DNA of 64,000 nt from Octopus sinensis (GCF_006345805.1 NC_042999.1:40176001-40240000); one strand, 5' to 3'. Shown: positions 12,260 to 25,060, numbered from the stretch's first letter. Made by a program: numbers and translations. Notes: generated by a model not told the origin, from the sequence alone.

Positions 12260-12564
12260 CTATAAATATGTATCTGTTCATATACGTATGTATCTAAGCA
12301 TACATAAGAGTATATTAGTAACATCTTAAATGTGGAACTAAAATATTACGGGTCATTAAAAGAAATGTATACAGTCGATGACACAGCTGTTTAGCGAGCA
12401 AGCGCGCTTACCATTCGTGCGGTTTTGTGTTCTCTTTTGCACGTTTGGAAAATGAATATTATAGTTATGATTCGACAAATGTCTTGGAATTAAAAATTAA
12501 TACATACATATAATATGCTAGGCCACTGATTTTAATTGATTAATATCAATTTCTACCCTTATTC

Positions 12565-12613
<49 letters not shown>

Positions 12614-12616
<3 letters not shown>

Positions 12617-12990
12617 AAGCACTCCGTCGGTTACGACGACGAGGGTTCCGGTTGATCCGAATCAACGGAACAGCCTGCTCGTGAAATTAACGTATAAGTG
12701 GCTGAGCACTCCACAGACACGTGTACCCTTAACGTAGTTCTCGGGGATATTCAGCGTGACACAGAGAGTGACAAGGCCGGCCCTTTGAGATACAGGTACA
12801 ACAGAAACAGGAAGTAAGAGTGAGAGAAAGTTGTGGTGAAAGAGTACAGCAGGGATCACCACCATCCCCTGCCGGAGCCTTGTGGAGCTTTAGGTGTTTT
12901 CGCTCAATAAACACTCACAACGCCCAGTCTGGGAATCGAAACCGCGATCCTACGACCGCGAGTCCGCTGCCCTAACCACTGGGCCATTGT
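12614..12990 (-). mobile_element. tRNA-derived SINE (head 1 + tail Y)
   Basis: Minus-strand head caatggcccagtggttagggcagcggactcgcggtcg...; 3' tail ...cgtcgtaaccgacggagtgc is shared with 40171-40466. Confidence 0.9.
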
Positions 12991-13299
12991 GTGTGTGAAC
13001 TCCCTCTTAAACACACACATGTATATACAGTTACACTCACACACACACACCACAGTCCGGCTTTCAATTGGTGCAGACTTTCCAGATACACACAAGATAG
13101 CAATCAGCTGTTGCAGCCAAAACCTCGCCCTTGTCATCCATAACAACGCTATTGATGATGGGTCGTTCCTCTTCTTCTTCTTCTTTATCTTCTTCCTTCC
13201 TGGAACCATCATCATTACCCATCGCTGCCTCCTCCTCTGTCCTTTTTCCCCACTGCCATCACAATTGTACTCTATAATCGGCCTATACTCTATAATAGA

Positions 13300-13336
<37 letters not shown>

Positions 13337-13341
<5 letters not shown>

Positions 13342-13584
13342 TTGCACCGACGAAGGGTTTATAAACACACAAAAAAACCGTTAGATTCACTTCAACATTT
13401 AAATTTAATGTGTGGCAAAATATTTTCGTCGCCGTGAAAACGCGATCTGTTCACTGAAAAAACGTCGTGTCAGTGAACAGGTCACGGTTTCAAAGCGACG
13501 AAAATATTTTGACACAAATTGAATTTATTTGTGTGTGTGTCTTTTTAAATGGTTTATAAAAAAACCTTCCACACTGCAATTGTT
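13337..13584. repeat. Imperfect 248-bp foldback element
   Basis: Terminal aacaattgca/tgcaattgtt; inner ctgttcactga (13447-13457)/tcagtgaacag (13470-13480); caaaatattttcgtcgc/gcgacgaaaatattttg. Confidence 0.85.
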
Positions 13585-13864
13585 TTCGTTTCAGCACACG
13601 ATCTCAGGTAAAGTCACTTGCTATTCAAGTATATCTCCATAAATATATATATATATATATATATAAACATAATCCTTATAATTATGAGTATAATTATAAT
13701 TAGAAATTTGCTTCAACATATACAGAAATTTAGAAATAGCACCCAAAACTCACTATTTCTTTACCATAAGAAAATCTCCCAGACAACAATACTCAACAAC
13801 CCACACAGATAAAGAGAAAAAAATAACGAACCCGCTCGGTTTAGATTAACTGTGGACGCGTTAT

Positions 13865-13867
<3 letters not shown>

Positions 13868-13907
<40 letters not shown>

Positions 13908-14006
13908 GTATAGACAGGTAGATATATAGAGATTGATAAATAGATAGAAAGACAGATAGATAGACAGACAGAGAGACAGAGAGGCAAATAGGTTGATAGG
14001 TAGATT

Positions 14007-14058
<52 letters not shown>

Positions 14059-14135
14059 CATACATATATACATACATACATACATACATACATACATACA
14101 TACATACATACATACATACACACATACATACATAT
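13868..14135. repeat. Compound (CA)n(TA)n(GATA)n(TACA)n microsatellite
   Basis: Directly visible. Confidence 0.95.
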
Positions 14136-14706
14136 AATAGTATCGTTACCTAGTTGGTCAAGTCTTAATAAGTAAACGGTAAATAAGTATACTGACAAAA
14201 AAAACTCGCGTAGTCTATGAGCTTCTTCTCATACCTTCTATTGCAAACGTTGATACACGTATACGCATAACCTGGACTGTCCCTTGGAATATACTTATAG
14301 GCATTCATGTTCACGGCAGAAGTAATTATACGCGATATACTATCAAAATTTAATAATGTAATATTTCAATTTCTTCTTTTTTACTGCATTTATTACTCAT
14401 ACTATGTTCTATGACTTTTTCGCTACTCATATTATGGAATGAACGTCATAACCTTACAGCTGTTCCGGCTATATGATGTTGTACACTCAGACATGTGTGG
14501 TTGTGCATCACCTTATACTCATATCTGCTGATGATAATCAGTAGTTTTCTGATTTAGAAGTTCATCTTTTGTGTGCATACAGTTGATAATAATTCCTTTC
14601 AGTGACAAGAAAATATATTTCGAACGCTGTATAGCTGTGAACACAACAGTGAGATTGGGTATTTACCTTTATAAGACGGGAAAAAGTTGCCAGTAGGACG
14701 CAGTAC

Positions 14707-14774
<68 letters not shown>

Positions 14775-16249
14775 CTTTGAATGTGCGTGTGTTTTTGCAT
14801 GTGGCTGCGTATGTATGTGTGTGTATACACACTTACATACATACACACATATACATACATACGGACATATCAGAATGCCTCTTTTCTCGGTTCACCATTC
14901 TCTTTTTAATCGAAAATGAATGGAACTAATGTGTAAGGACGAGGTGGAAATTGGTGTTTCTTTTGTGTTTTTGTAGTTTTAAGATACATATATATATATA
15001 TTTTATTTTTTATTTATTCTCACTCATGCAATCGATTAAATGAACATATCATTTGTTTGTTATTATTTTATTATTATCGTTATTACTGTTGTTATTGTCC
15101 TTTCATTTTCTACTAGTTGATGCTGTAGTTGACAATTGCAAAGATGGCGTTTTCAATTTAGTGATGATGGTAAAACTATTGTTTGTTGCTGTCCTTTTAA
15201 AAATACCTATTGTCGAAGCGAAGAATCTGCATTTTGTTTCATGTGTGATAGTTGAATGTGATGTAAAAACAAGGTTCGGTCAGTTGATTCATTTTTATGT
15301 CTATCGATTAATGGAGCTTACGCAATATACAGCGAATTTCACGTTATAAATTTTGCTTCACTGGTTTCCTTCCGAGAATGATGTATTTTCGTTTTGTTGT
15401 GTTTCCTATGATTTTTTGCTTACTGCTTTTTAAGATTTGTGTTCCCTGCAAATACAAGTTCGCAAATGTTGGAAATGGCATTCACAAATAAGAAATAAAT
15501 GTAAATCAAAAAATAGCACGCCACTTCAGCGTTGACATGATTTTCACTCAAAGCTGTATTCTACAGCTTTACGTTTATTGCTAGTTAAATTAATCTTCCC
15601 ACGCCACGCTGTGTTCCGTAAGCTAGGTACTTATATTAAATTTCTGTAGCAGTAAGAAGATAGGAGACAAATCTCCAACTTATCCCAGAACAGGACACTA
15701 ATCCATCACCAATTAACGTTCTTAGTTCAACAAGGAAAATAAAAAGAAGACACTGAATGTGAGTTAAGTAATGGGAGAACGTAAAAGAGGGAGAGAGAAA
15801 GAGAGAGAGAAACAAAATATGCATTAGATGAAGGAAAGAAAAAGAAGAAAAATGAAATGCGGTGAGAGTTAGAATACGAGCTGCGAGAAATATAGATTCA
15901 AAATGAGAAATAAAGAAACAGGCTAGTAATTTTCCAACTAGATAATCCAAGGAGAAAATGAGAATAAAGTTAAGCGTCTTAACTAAAGACAGCATGCAAC
16001 ATCTGCTCTGAATATAAAGCCATGTCCTGTAGTGACAATCAGTGTACATGAGAGGTTGAGTCAGCAGGTGAGGGCATAGAGAATCTGAATAATATAGATA
16101 ATTACTTAAGCGAAAGGGAAATATACGTGGAAGTAAATAGAAACATGTAAACGAATAAGATATAAAAAAAATATTGCGAGAAGAAGAGGTGGAGAGAGAG
16201 AAAGAATGAGAGAGTGATAGTGTCATTTCATATTCTTTACATAACACGA

Positions 16250-17792
16250 AACTACACGATTGTCATATGGAGTGAAGTGTCGCTGAATTCAGGATCAGTC
16301 CATGTATGGTTCATGATTTTTCAGTCTAAGAGGATTGAAGTGTAGTCATACAGAACTTGGTATTTGTTGTGCCCATCCTTTAACTTCTGGTAATAAATGT
16401 GTTTTTATTCTCTTCGGGAATATCAGTACAAACTAAATGGTGTGAGCTGCTTATAAGTTGGATTAATTGGTTCAGCATACGCATTCTGTGTTCATGTATC
16501 TCTATACTGCAGATCTAGTCATCCAGGAGTACATCATCTTTAACCCTAAACACTGTGAACCCATGACCACATTATACTGATTTAGCGCGATGTACATTCA
16601 CATATATTGGGTGCTATTTCAGTTTAGTAACAGCCAGTCAGAAATAGCGCTAAGCAGAATTAAATCTTTTACTTCTTTTAGTAATGTATTCCTTCATATA
16701 CTCCTAGGACAGACTCAAAATACATTTTATCCCACAGTGAAAATAATGTCAAATAGAAATAAACTATTACTGATTGAATCAATTATGTTCCTGGCAGGTG
16801 GTCTTACAATTTGCAATACGTAAAACTTTCTGATAACAACATCGGTTTAAATATTTACACTCCATAAAAATATCTATTTTCTAAACAGAATATTACGCAT
16901 GAATAGATATTTTTCATTCTCATACCAGATCTTATATTTAGGTATTTGTCATAAATATTGTCAAGATAAAATTTATTATATTTATAGCATGGATTATGAA
17001 TCAGATGCATATAATGAAATTTTCCAGCATCACATATCTGTACACATTTTATTACTATACCTATATTTGCATGTAAATTTCTGAGTGTGTTTTCATGTAT
17101 CTTTTCATTAAATACATGACTGTATTCAAGTTTTATTTTTCATATCTCATATGTTTCGTAATTCCTTTTTATTTCTTTACAGTTAGTGTACCTAAATTTA
17201 TATTTGACCTTTCCAGAACTTTACTGTCCTGTTTTCAACTATTGAATACATTCAGTGTCTGTTTCGTTTTTTATATACAAGTTACACTCATGGAGACTCT
17301 CCCTCCAAAGTATTTTTAAACATTAGGCTTCTTCATTTGTAATATTCTACTGGTGTGTTTGTGTTAGACGAATTGTTGCTGTCAGATTTTTATGTCAGTA
17401 CACGAGTGCAAATGTTTCGACATGTGTGCTTGTGTATTTATTTTCGCATTATATAGTTATATGAGCATCGCCTTCATAATTAATCTTCTATTTCATGGGG
17501 AATTTTATAGAGCACGTATGTACAATTTTCAAATACTTTTCTATCTAACATTGCTTAATGGACTACAGTATATATGTTTGACGATAGGTGGTTACTGTTA
17601 ATGCCTGATGGCAATGTAATAGAATGTCGAATGTAACTGATAGAGTCTTGAAGTTTGCAAATTTCAGTATTATGTTCAAAGCTATAGATTAAATTGTACA
17701 TTCGTAGTTTGTTTACATATTTGTTTACATGTTTATTTACATATTTGTGATGTGATAGTTCATATATATGTATATATATATATATATTATAT

Positions 17793-17889
<97 letters not shown>

Positions 17890-18730
17890 GTATGTATGTA
17901 TACATATATACATATATCAAACAGCACATACATAATGGGTTGTCAGAAAACATCTCTTGACAATTCCATGTGCTTTAATACTTTTTCATCAAAATGTTTC
18001 AGAAATCAGTCGATTTACCTTCTTGTTCACGAATTCCTATCAATGTTCTACTAGCATGCCCATCATTTGAAGCTAACATCGAAGAATGTTTTCAACTCGA
18101 CGATGTAGTTACACAAAACCACTCGTGGATTGTTGAAGACATACTGAAAAAGCTAATGAACAGAAGGTCTCATGTAAGAATTCAGCGAGTACATTAAAAG
18201 TGGTTTGCGCAGACCGTCATAGTTCTCATTGAAATTGAGCATGCCGGTTTGAACGCGGAAAATCTTTGAAGTCAAACGTCTCCTACTTGAAGTGGAAAAC
18301 CAAGTAGGTGAAAATGTGTCAGTTATTGCTGGGTCTTTGGGGAAAGTGTCAGAAAGCATCAAGAGAAATATACAGTTAATTTATTGGAATGGAGCACCCA
18401 ATAGAATCTTTTGTACGAGCAGAATCATCATATTACCTCAGTACCTACGCCTTCTCCCAACACGGTTCAAGTGCCTCTAAAGTCTTAGGCTGGTTTAGAA
18501 CCTTGATTGATAGGGAAGAGTAGCAGGTGTCGAAAACGATAGTGTTTCTTCTACTTGAGACTCTATCGTCATATGAATAAGAAGAAGTAAAATGCATGTA
18601 CATTCGACCCCCCACCACCAGCGCCTGACAAAATAAATCATTCCAGTAATATACTGGTACCATTGCGAAAGATTATATCTCCCAAATTTTTCCATTTGGA
18701 TTTGTGCCAAATGTAATAAACTTTCTTTTA
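16250..18730 (-). mobile_element. Very old R4/Dong-like LINE remnant split by microsatellites (pieces ~16250-16580 and ~17995-18730)
   Basis: Minus-strand pieces in RT order: KDPAITDTFSPTWFST (cf. DPxxIPxWFTxG), NENYDGLRKPLLMY (cf. NYRPITCLPTMYK), SRTLIGIREQ (cf. GxxGxxEQLLID), then HLLPEVKGWAQQIP (cf. RLYLPRxxGGRGL). By-eye only. Confidence 0.4.
17758..17915. repeat. (TA)n-rich compound microsatellite
   Basis: Directly visible. Confidence 0.95.
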
Positions 18731-19577
18731 AACATTCGTCTAACCTGTAGTTATTTGTAGCTTTTTGAAAAGCATGCCAATTTAATTATAATTTTCTTGC
18801 CAAAATCTATTTTTCAATCAGCTCTTATTTTTCTTCGTTTGTATTATTAATCATTTCCATACCTGTTGTTCTGCTCAGTTCTGATCTGTCTCTCTCGCGT
18901 TTTATTTCTCTACGAATATTTTCGTTCCTGTTTCTTTTAATACCCATTTACTTCAAACTTCTAATTTTCCTCAATAATTTTTTTTCTTTTATTGAAATCT
19001 CATATTTTCGTGTCTTACATTTTTTCCAAATATATATCAAGAATTTACGTATTTCTATTTTTTTCCATTGCAGGAAGTTATCTGCAGGATATGCACAGAG
19101 TGCCAGAATGTTCCGAGTTCGGTATAGCAATCATAGTATTTATTCAAGTTTGATGGAAGAATAATTATGATAACAAGCATTTCTTATATTGGCACAAGCA
19201 CAGACATGTTGTGAAATAATAACTGTTTCTTACTCAGGCACAAAGCCAGCTGTTTTGGTAGTGGGGTTAGTCTATTATATCGACCAGAGTACTTGATATT
19301 TTATGTGAACGACCCTCGATAAGTGAAATTTAATGCAGACGTTAGCGTAATTTGAACACAAAACATACAAAGCTACAACAAATATCGCAAAACATTTCGT
19401 TAACAGCTCTGTTTATTTTTAATGCTACCAGTCCCTCTCCTTGATGAAACAGCAACAATAACAGCAATAATACTGTACAGCAGAACAAATGTGTAAGGAG
19501 AAGGGGGCTGCATGAAAAGAAAGAACCAGCTTCATACCGAAAGAAAACTTGAAAGGAAACACTGACGACAAATTATA

Positions 19578-19773
19578 TTCCTTTTTACTCTTTAACTTGT
19601 TTCAATCATTTGACTGCGGCCATGCTGGAGCACCGCCTTTAGTCGAGCAAATCGACCCCAGGACTTATTCTTTATAAGCCTAGTACTTATTCTATCGGTC
19701 TCTTTTGCCGAACCTCAAAAGTTACTGTGACGTAAACACTCCAGCATCGGTTGTCACAAACATATACACAAAC

Positions 19774-19809
<36 letters not shown>

Positions 19810-19810
19810 A

Positions 19811-19846
<36 letters not shown>

Positions 19847-19992
19847 CATATATAATACGGGCTTCTTTCAGTTTACGTCTACCAAATCCACTCACAATGC
19901 TTTGGTTGGGCCGAGGCTATAGTAGAAGTCACTTGCCCAAGGTACCACGCAGTGGGACTGAATCCGGAACCATGTAGTTCGTAAACAAGCTA
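19578..19992 (-). mobile_element. SINE family A, full length
   Basis: Reverse complement of 8927-9331. Confidence 0.9.
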
Positions 19993-20237
19993 CTTTATTT
20001 CATAATTTTTTCATATAGATAGTATAAAGAGCTTTGTAGGCTGGACAAACACATTAATGAATGAAAATGAATTATAATGAATAGATGAGAGACGAAACCC
20101 AATACCCGCCGATTGGATTTTTCTCGAAAACATATTTTCTTTTTTCTTTCTTAAAACACAAAATTGAGGTTATAAACCACTACAAAATAGTCCAATAAGG
20201 TGAGGTTTCAAACTCTGTAACGAGGGTCTTTCACCTC

Positions 20238-20399
20238 CTACTCTTCGATATATCTATCGATATATTCATCATTATCTTCAATGCCGCTTGAGTTCCTGTA
20301 TCCCGGCATTTCCCATGCCTCACTCATGTAGGACATGTAAGTCGTGTAACGGCCACCCGGCCATATGCGACACTCCTCCCCAAATCCTTTAAATCTTTC
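20238..20399 (-). CDS. Candidate terminal coding exon of unknown product (ERFKGFGEECRIWPGGRYTTYMSYMSEAWEMPGYRNSSGIEDNDEYIDRYIEE*)
   Basis: Strong acceptor (aagttttcctttgtag|G), 53 open codons to TAG, GC above background, AATAAA at 19994-19999. No recognisable homology. Confidence 0.3.
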   Translation of the reverse strand, partial: ERFKGFGEECRIWPGGRYTTYMSYMSEAWEMPGYRNSSGIEDNDEYIDRYIEE

Positions 20400-20632
20400 C
20401 TACAAAGGAAAACTTATGACCTCCACAGCTATCTGCGGAGGCCATTCGACCAAATGTTTTGAAACCACCTAATATGATACGCAATATAGCAGGTATAACA
20501 GCAGAGGATGTATACTAACATCGATATTTGAAACACAATATCTGATAAACAGAACGGTCGCTGAATAAGCAACACGCGAGGGTAAACCAATGAATGATCA
20601 ACAAGGTGTTTCCAAGATTAGCAGAGACTTAC

Positions 20633-20645
20633 CAATATATGCACC
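20633..20645 (-). CDS. Candidate 13-nt microexon GGTGCATATATTG
   Basis: Branch-like ttttaac, acceptor ttctacag|, donor |gtaagt; a 233-nt GT-AG intron joins it to 20238-20399. Confidence 0.25.
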
Positions 20646-20809
20646 CTGTAGAATGATTATATAAAAGTTAAAATTGTAACTGCTTTCTTATTAAATATGG
20701 ATAATTTTCTAACTCTTTGAGAGTGATTCAATGAGTATAGTTTTATTTTGTTGTGGATGTTGTTATTTTCCCTAGTTCTATTCTTTGCTGTATCTAACGA
20801 ATTTACCTA

Positions 20810-21850
20810 TAAATACTCGGTTAAAATTTTTACACAAGACCAGTGTTTAACTGACACGTATTTTACTGATCCTGAACGGATAAATGGTAAAGCTGATCTC
20901 GAGTGAATCTGAACTCATTACGTAAGAAACAAGTAAATGCCGCTACGTATTTTGCCCGGCGGTTTTGTAAGCTAGTCACCTTAATTTGTCGATGAATATT
21001 AGTTTTAAATTTGAGCGCAAGTCCAGCAATTTTAGTGAACAGGTCTAGTGCTCAACCGCTGCTTATTTTATCGATGTTGAAATGATGAAAGGCAAAGCCG
21101 ACATCGGTGGAATTACAACTCAGAACGTAAAGACGGACGACCAAATATTTTGCCAGGCATGCTATCGATTCTGCCAACTCGCCACCTTCTTTACCGATTA
21201 ATATTGATAACGGTTTTCTCAAAGGATGTCTTTATTTTATATTTTCTTAATTCAAAATGTTTGCATTCTAAGTTGTATCTTATTTTCGTTACTGACCATT
21301 GATGTTGCGTCCATTGCAGTTAACTAGTTCTATGCTTATAAAAATGTTCAAATTACATATACACAAGGTAAATATCTCACATTGGAGGGTCACATGCAAA
21401 TAGTTATTATATAAAAGAAACTGTTATCTTCATCATGATCATGATCATGAACATCATCATCATCCTATCCTAGAGTCGCCAATCTGCGGAGCTTAAATCG
21501 CGCCGAGATCAGCTTTGCCTTCCATCCTATCTACGTCGAGTAAATAAAGTACCTGCTGAAATATGTGGTAGATGTAATCGACTAATCCTTCCCTACAAAA
21601 TTTGAAAACAACTTTATTATTCATATTAACTTTAATAATAATAATGATAATCATCTTTCGTGCTATAGACAGAAGACTTTAAATTTTGAATTACCCCCGG
21701 CGGGCGCTTAACTGGTACTCAATTTCTCGACCCTAAAGTCATGAAAGGCAAATCATTCTTAGCGAAATTTGAACCCAGAACACAAAGCGTAGGAAGAAAT
21801 GTTGCAATGCATTTTGTCCGGCGTTTTCATAATTTTTTCGACTCAATATC
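20810..21850. mobile_element. Cluster of four degraded family B SINE remnants
   Basis: Remnants of gatgaaaggcaaagtcgac / gaactcagaacgt at ~20810-20990 (-), 21010-21190 (-), 21470-21610 (+), 21660-21830 (-). Confidence 0.65.
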
Positions 21851-21885
21851 TTAATATTACTACTGCTACTACTACTACAAATTAG

Positions 21886-22456
21886 TCCAAAACCTCCACT
21901 GGCGACTATGCTGTAAGTATAGATATAAGGTTACTGGTGCTTGGTACAAACATAGACTGGAAAAGTTTATGGACGGAAAGGGGAAGGAAAAACACCTCTG
22001 GGACTTTGATTTCCAGACAGACAAAGCGTTATAGCACCGAAGGCCGAACATAGTTACCTTTAGGAGGGACAAACAAGAGTGCCTAATAATCGATGTAGCA
22101 GTGCCAGGAGATCAACATATCATCATGAAAGAAAGAGAAAAAGTTGATATATATGGAGAACCGAGGATTGAGAACGCTAAGATGTGGCAGGTACGAGGTC
22201 GAACATAAAGGTTATCCCTACTGTCATTGGAGTATTGGGTTCATTATCACCCTATCTCAAAAAACATCTGAAAACCTTAGAGATACCCTACAGTCTAGAA
22301 GTATTACAACAGTCAGCATTACTTGAAACTGCACGCATATTGCGTAAACTACGGTCTGTCTGAGGTCCTTGTTGTGACTTGACAAACTGTACAAATCCCC
22401 GGTAGACACATTATCTTCAATCAACAACCTCACAACATTGTATACTGTAAGACATT

Positions 22457-22500
<44 letters not shown>
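21886..22500 (+). mobile_element. R4/Dong LINE 3' end (REL endonuclease) with (TAA)n tail
   Basis: Reads LVQNLHWRLCCKY...LWDFDFQTD..RRPNIV..CLIIDVAVPGD...VIGVLG...SALLETARILRK; short 3' UTR; (TAA)n at 22459-22500. Confidence 0.9.
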
Positions 22501-22501
<1 letters not shown>

Positions 22502-22539
22502 TTGTAATGAACCTGATAAAGATAATGAGGAAATAAATG

Positions 22540-25060
22540 CGATCAGGCACGCAGCGGAAAATTACCTAAATATAAGACAGAAAGGAAATGAAGAACCAGA
22601 CAAAGATAGCAACTCTCCACGAGAACACGCAAACGTCAGGAGAAATAAATTTTAATGATCCTGATAAAGATGACGAGGAAATATTTGAAGACTACACATT
22701 TATTGAAGAACATAGAAAGTTTATGATATAATTGAAGCAGAATTTCCTGAATAAGCTTGCAGTTGTAAGACACATCAACATGCATGATAGAGAACCATTT
22801 CATAAGCTCTGAAATGCAATCCTTAATAGAAAACAAATTAAAATTTGAAACTACGTAACAAAGGAAATTAGACAAGAACTAAAACCAGATCTCACTGAAT
22901 TAAATGAAATTATTTACGCAGCTGCTAAGATAATTGAAACCAGTTGTATGCCTCTTTAAAGCAAAGCAATACAAATCTGAGACGAATTCCAAACTGGAAA
23001 GGTAAAATCGAAAAAGAGATTGAAATAATGAGAGGTGAAATATCAATATTGAAGGAACTAATCTGTGGAAGCGATGTAAAAACCAGGAAAGGAAGAAGGA
23101 TGAAGAGAAAATATAGATTCTCACCAAAAGATGAACAGCTTTCAACAAAAGAAACACTGCAGCAGAAAATCGAAGCAAAAGCTCAAACAATACGACGTTT
23201 TGAGAAATGAAACAATTATTTTCAAGCAAAATAAGCTTTACACATCCAATCCGAAAACATTCTACAGAGAAATAGGGAAGGAGAAAGTAAAAGTTGAAGA
23301 TCCTGCTGCCATGGAAGAGGTTTCCAAGAGGTTGAAAACTTCTGGGAAAATATCTGGAGAGATGAAAAGACTTACAATGAAAATGCAGACTAGATTAGAC
23401 GCACGGAAGGATCCTGCCAAAACTTACCAGAACAAGCATGGGGGACATCACAATAGCAGACTTAAGAATGACACACGCGATGGCTTATAGGTAGAAATCT
23501 CCTGGTAATAATAGGGTGCTAAATTTCTGTCTCGCCTCACTCCCATGCACACACGAGAAGTCCCGTTATTCAATGAAATTATGAGAGATCCTACGAAAAC
23601 ACCTGATTGATTAGCAAGAGGTTTTACTTGCCTTCCCCCGAAGAATAATGAAACCAAATTTCCCCAATACTAACGCTCCATAACATGTCTGTCTGCTACG
23701 CACAAAATTTTTATGTCCATCCTAGTGGAGAAAACATACAAATTTAAGGAACAGAACAATTTTGTCTCGCTGAAGAAAAAAGGTTGCCGATGAGGCTCAT
23801 ATGGATGCAAAAACCAACTTTTATTCAATCCCATGATTCTTGAGAACTGTCATAACAATCGAAGAAATCTCAGTTCTGCATCGATTGATCATAAAAAGGC
23901 ATTCGGCATCATACTGATCTCATGGATCTTGAAGTCGGTGGATACCTTCAAACTTTCTCCTGTCATTTCAAACTTCATGAAGCATAGATCAATGTGGAAT
24001 ACGAATCTCCAACTATACCAGTCTAATGGAGTACTACCCACAAAAAAGTATTTATATCAACTGCGGCATTTTCCAAGGTGACTCACTTTCATTTTTAGTT
24101 TTCTGCATAGCCTCGTACAAAAGAACTTAAACGAACAGGCTGTGGATATAAAATTGGTGACATATAAATAAGTCATCTATTTTATATGGAAGACTTAAAA
24201 CTCTCTGCCAAAAATGATAATGAGCTTCAAGGACAACTACGTATTGTGAAAGCATTCAGTAATGATACTGGGTGGAAATTTGGTCTTGACAAATGTGCCA
24301 AGGCTACTTTCCAAAAAAAGGAAACTGAAGATCTCACCTTCAGTGGAGTTGGATGTTGACACAGTCATAAAAGGACTCGTTCAGGAACAAACTTACAAGG
24401 AAGTGATGAATAAATGAGGGCTCTGGCATTCAATATGTAAGTATGAAATAGAAGGTCAGGAAGGGGTTTTACATGTGATTTCGAGCAGTCCTAAAAACCG
24501 AGTTAAATGAGACAAACAAGGGGTTAGATATAAATTTTTTAGCAGTTACGGTTGTTATTTACAGTTTCATTGATTTGAAGTGGAATATGAGCGAAATAAC
24601 GAAGATTGACAGGAAAATTTATAAGCTGCTGACTTGCAATAAAATGCGCCATCCAGATGCAGACGCAGATCGTCTTCACCTACCCAGAGCTCAAGAAGGT
24701 CGCGGCTTGATCTAATTTGAAATTTCCTTCAAAACCACCACAACATCTAGCGACTAGATGCTGAACCTCGTTGAAAATTATAAAAGACGTAAGAAGCTGC
24801 ATTCTGTTACGAAGGAGAGCAAAATATTTTCAAGTGAGTTTATGCATAATACCCAGGTTGAACAGCATGATGGATTGCAGCAACTGTAGTTACAAAGGCC
24901 GTTAAATGAATAGCAAAGCAAGATGCGTTTGAACAATTGGCTGATAGGTGGGCACAAAAACACCGGTATGGCCCGTAGCAAGCAAACTGATGGAGACCCG
25001 ATGAACACTCATCAGTGGCTGCGGGGCTCAGGACTAAAGGCAGAGAGTGAAAGCTTTCTC
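22540..25060 (+). mobile_element. R4/Dong LINE body (N-terminus + reverse transcriptase), pseudogenised and 3'-truncated
   Basis: SNPKTFYREI; FQGDSL at 24071-24088; YMEDLKL from 24183; FGLDKCA; ends HQWLRGSGLKAESESFL. Stops and frameshifts throughout. Confidence 0.92.

Noticed and set aside
15322-15445. Minus-strand 124-nt segment with strong acceptor and donor
   Set aside because: Stops in all three frames; could only be non-coding or UTR, and there is no other support.
15636-16247. 203-aa minus-strand ORF
   Set aside because: Low-complexity antisense of GA-rich sequence with an F/L/S-biased product.
18003-18173. Plus-strand 57-codon apparent exon (cag|KSVDLP...RRSH|gtaaga)
   Set aside because: The frame continues past the donor as a decayed ORF and the opposite strand carries RT-like motifs, so it is probably the antisense shadow of an old LINE. 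Not fully excluded.
10310-18715. Short shared motif TNPNGxI..SFA (antisense I[YF]PFGFV) at ~10315 (+) and ~18700 (-), suggesting paralogous pseudogenes
   Set aside because: Only ~20 nt of similarity; each region is better placed at a different position of a REL-LINE ORF, so the match is probably coincidental.
20075-20105. AGAUGAG-AGA-CGAAAC hammerhead-like string
   Set aside because: Core lacks CU, stem II is 1 bp, and there is no cleavage triplet or stem I.
20238-20399. Met/Tyr/Arg-rich peptide suggesting reflectin
   Set aside because: No repeated MD(X)5 reflectin motif.
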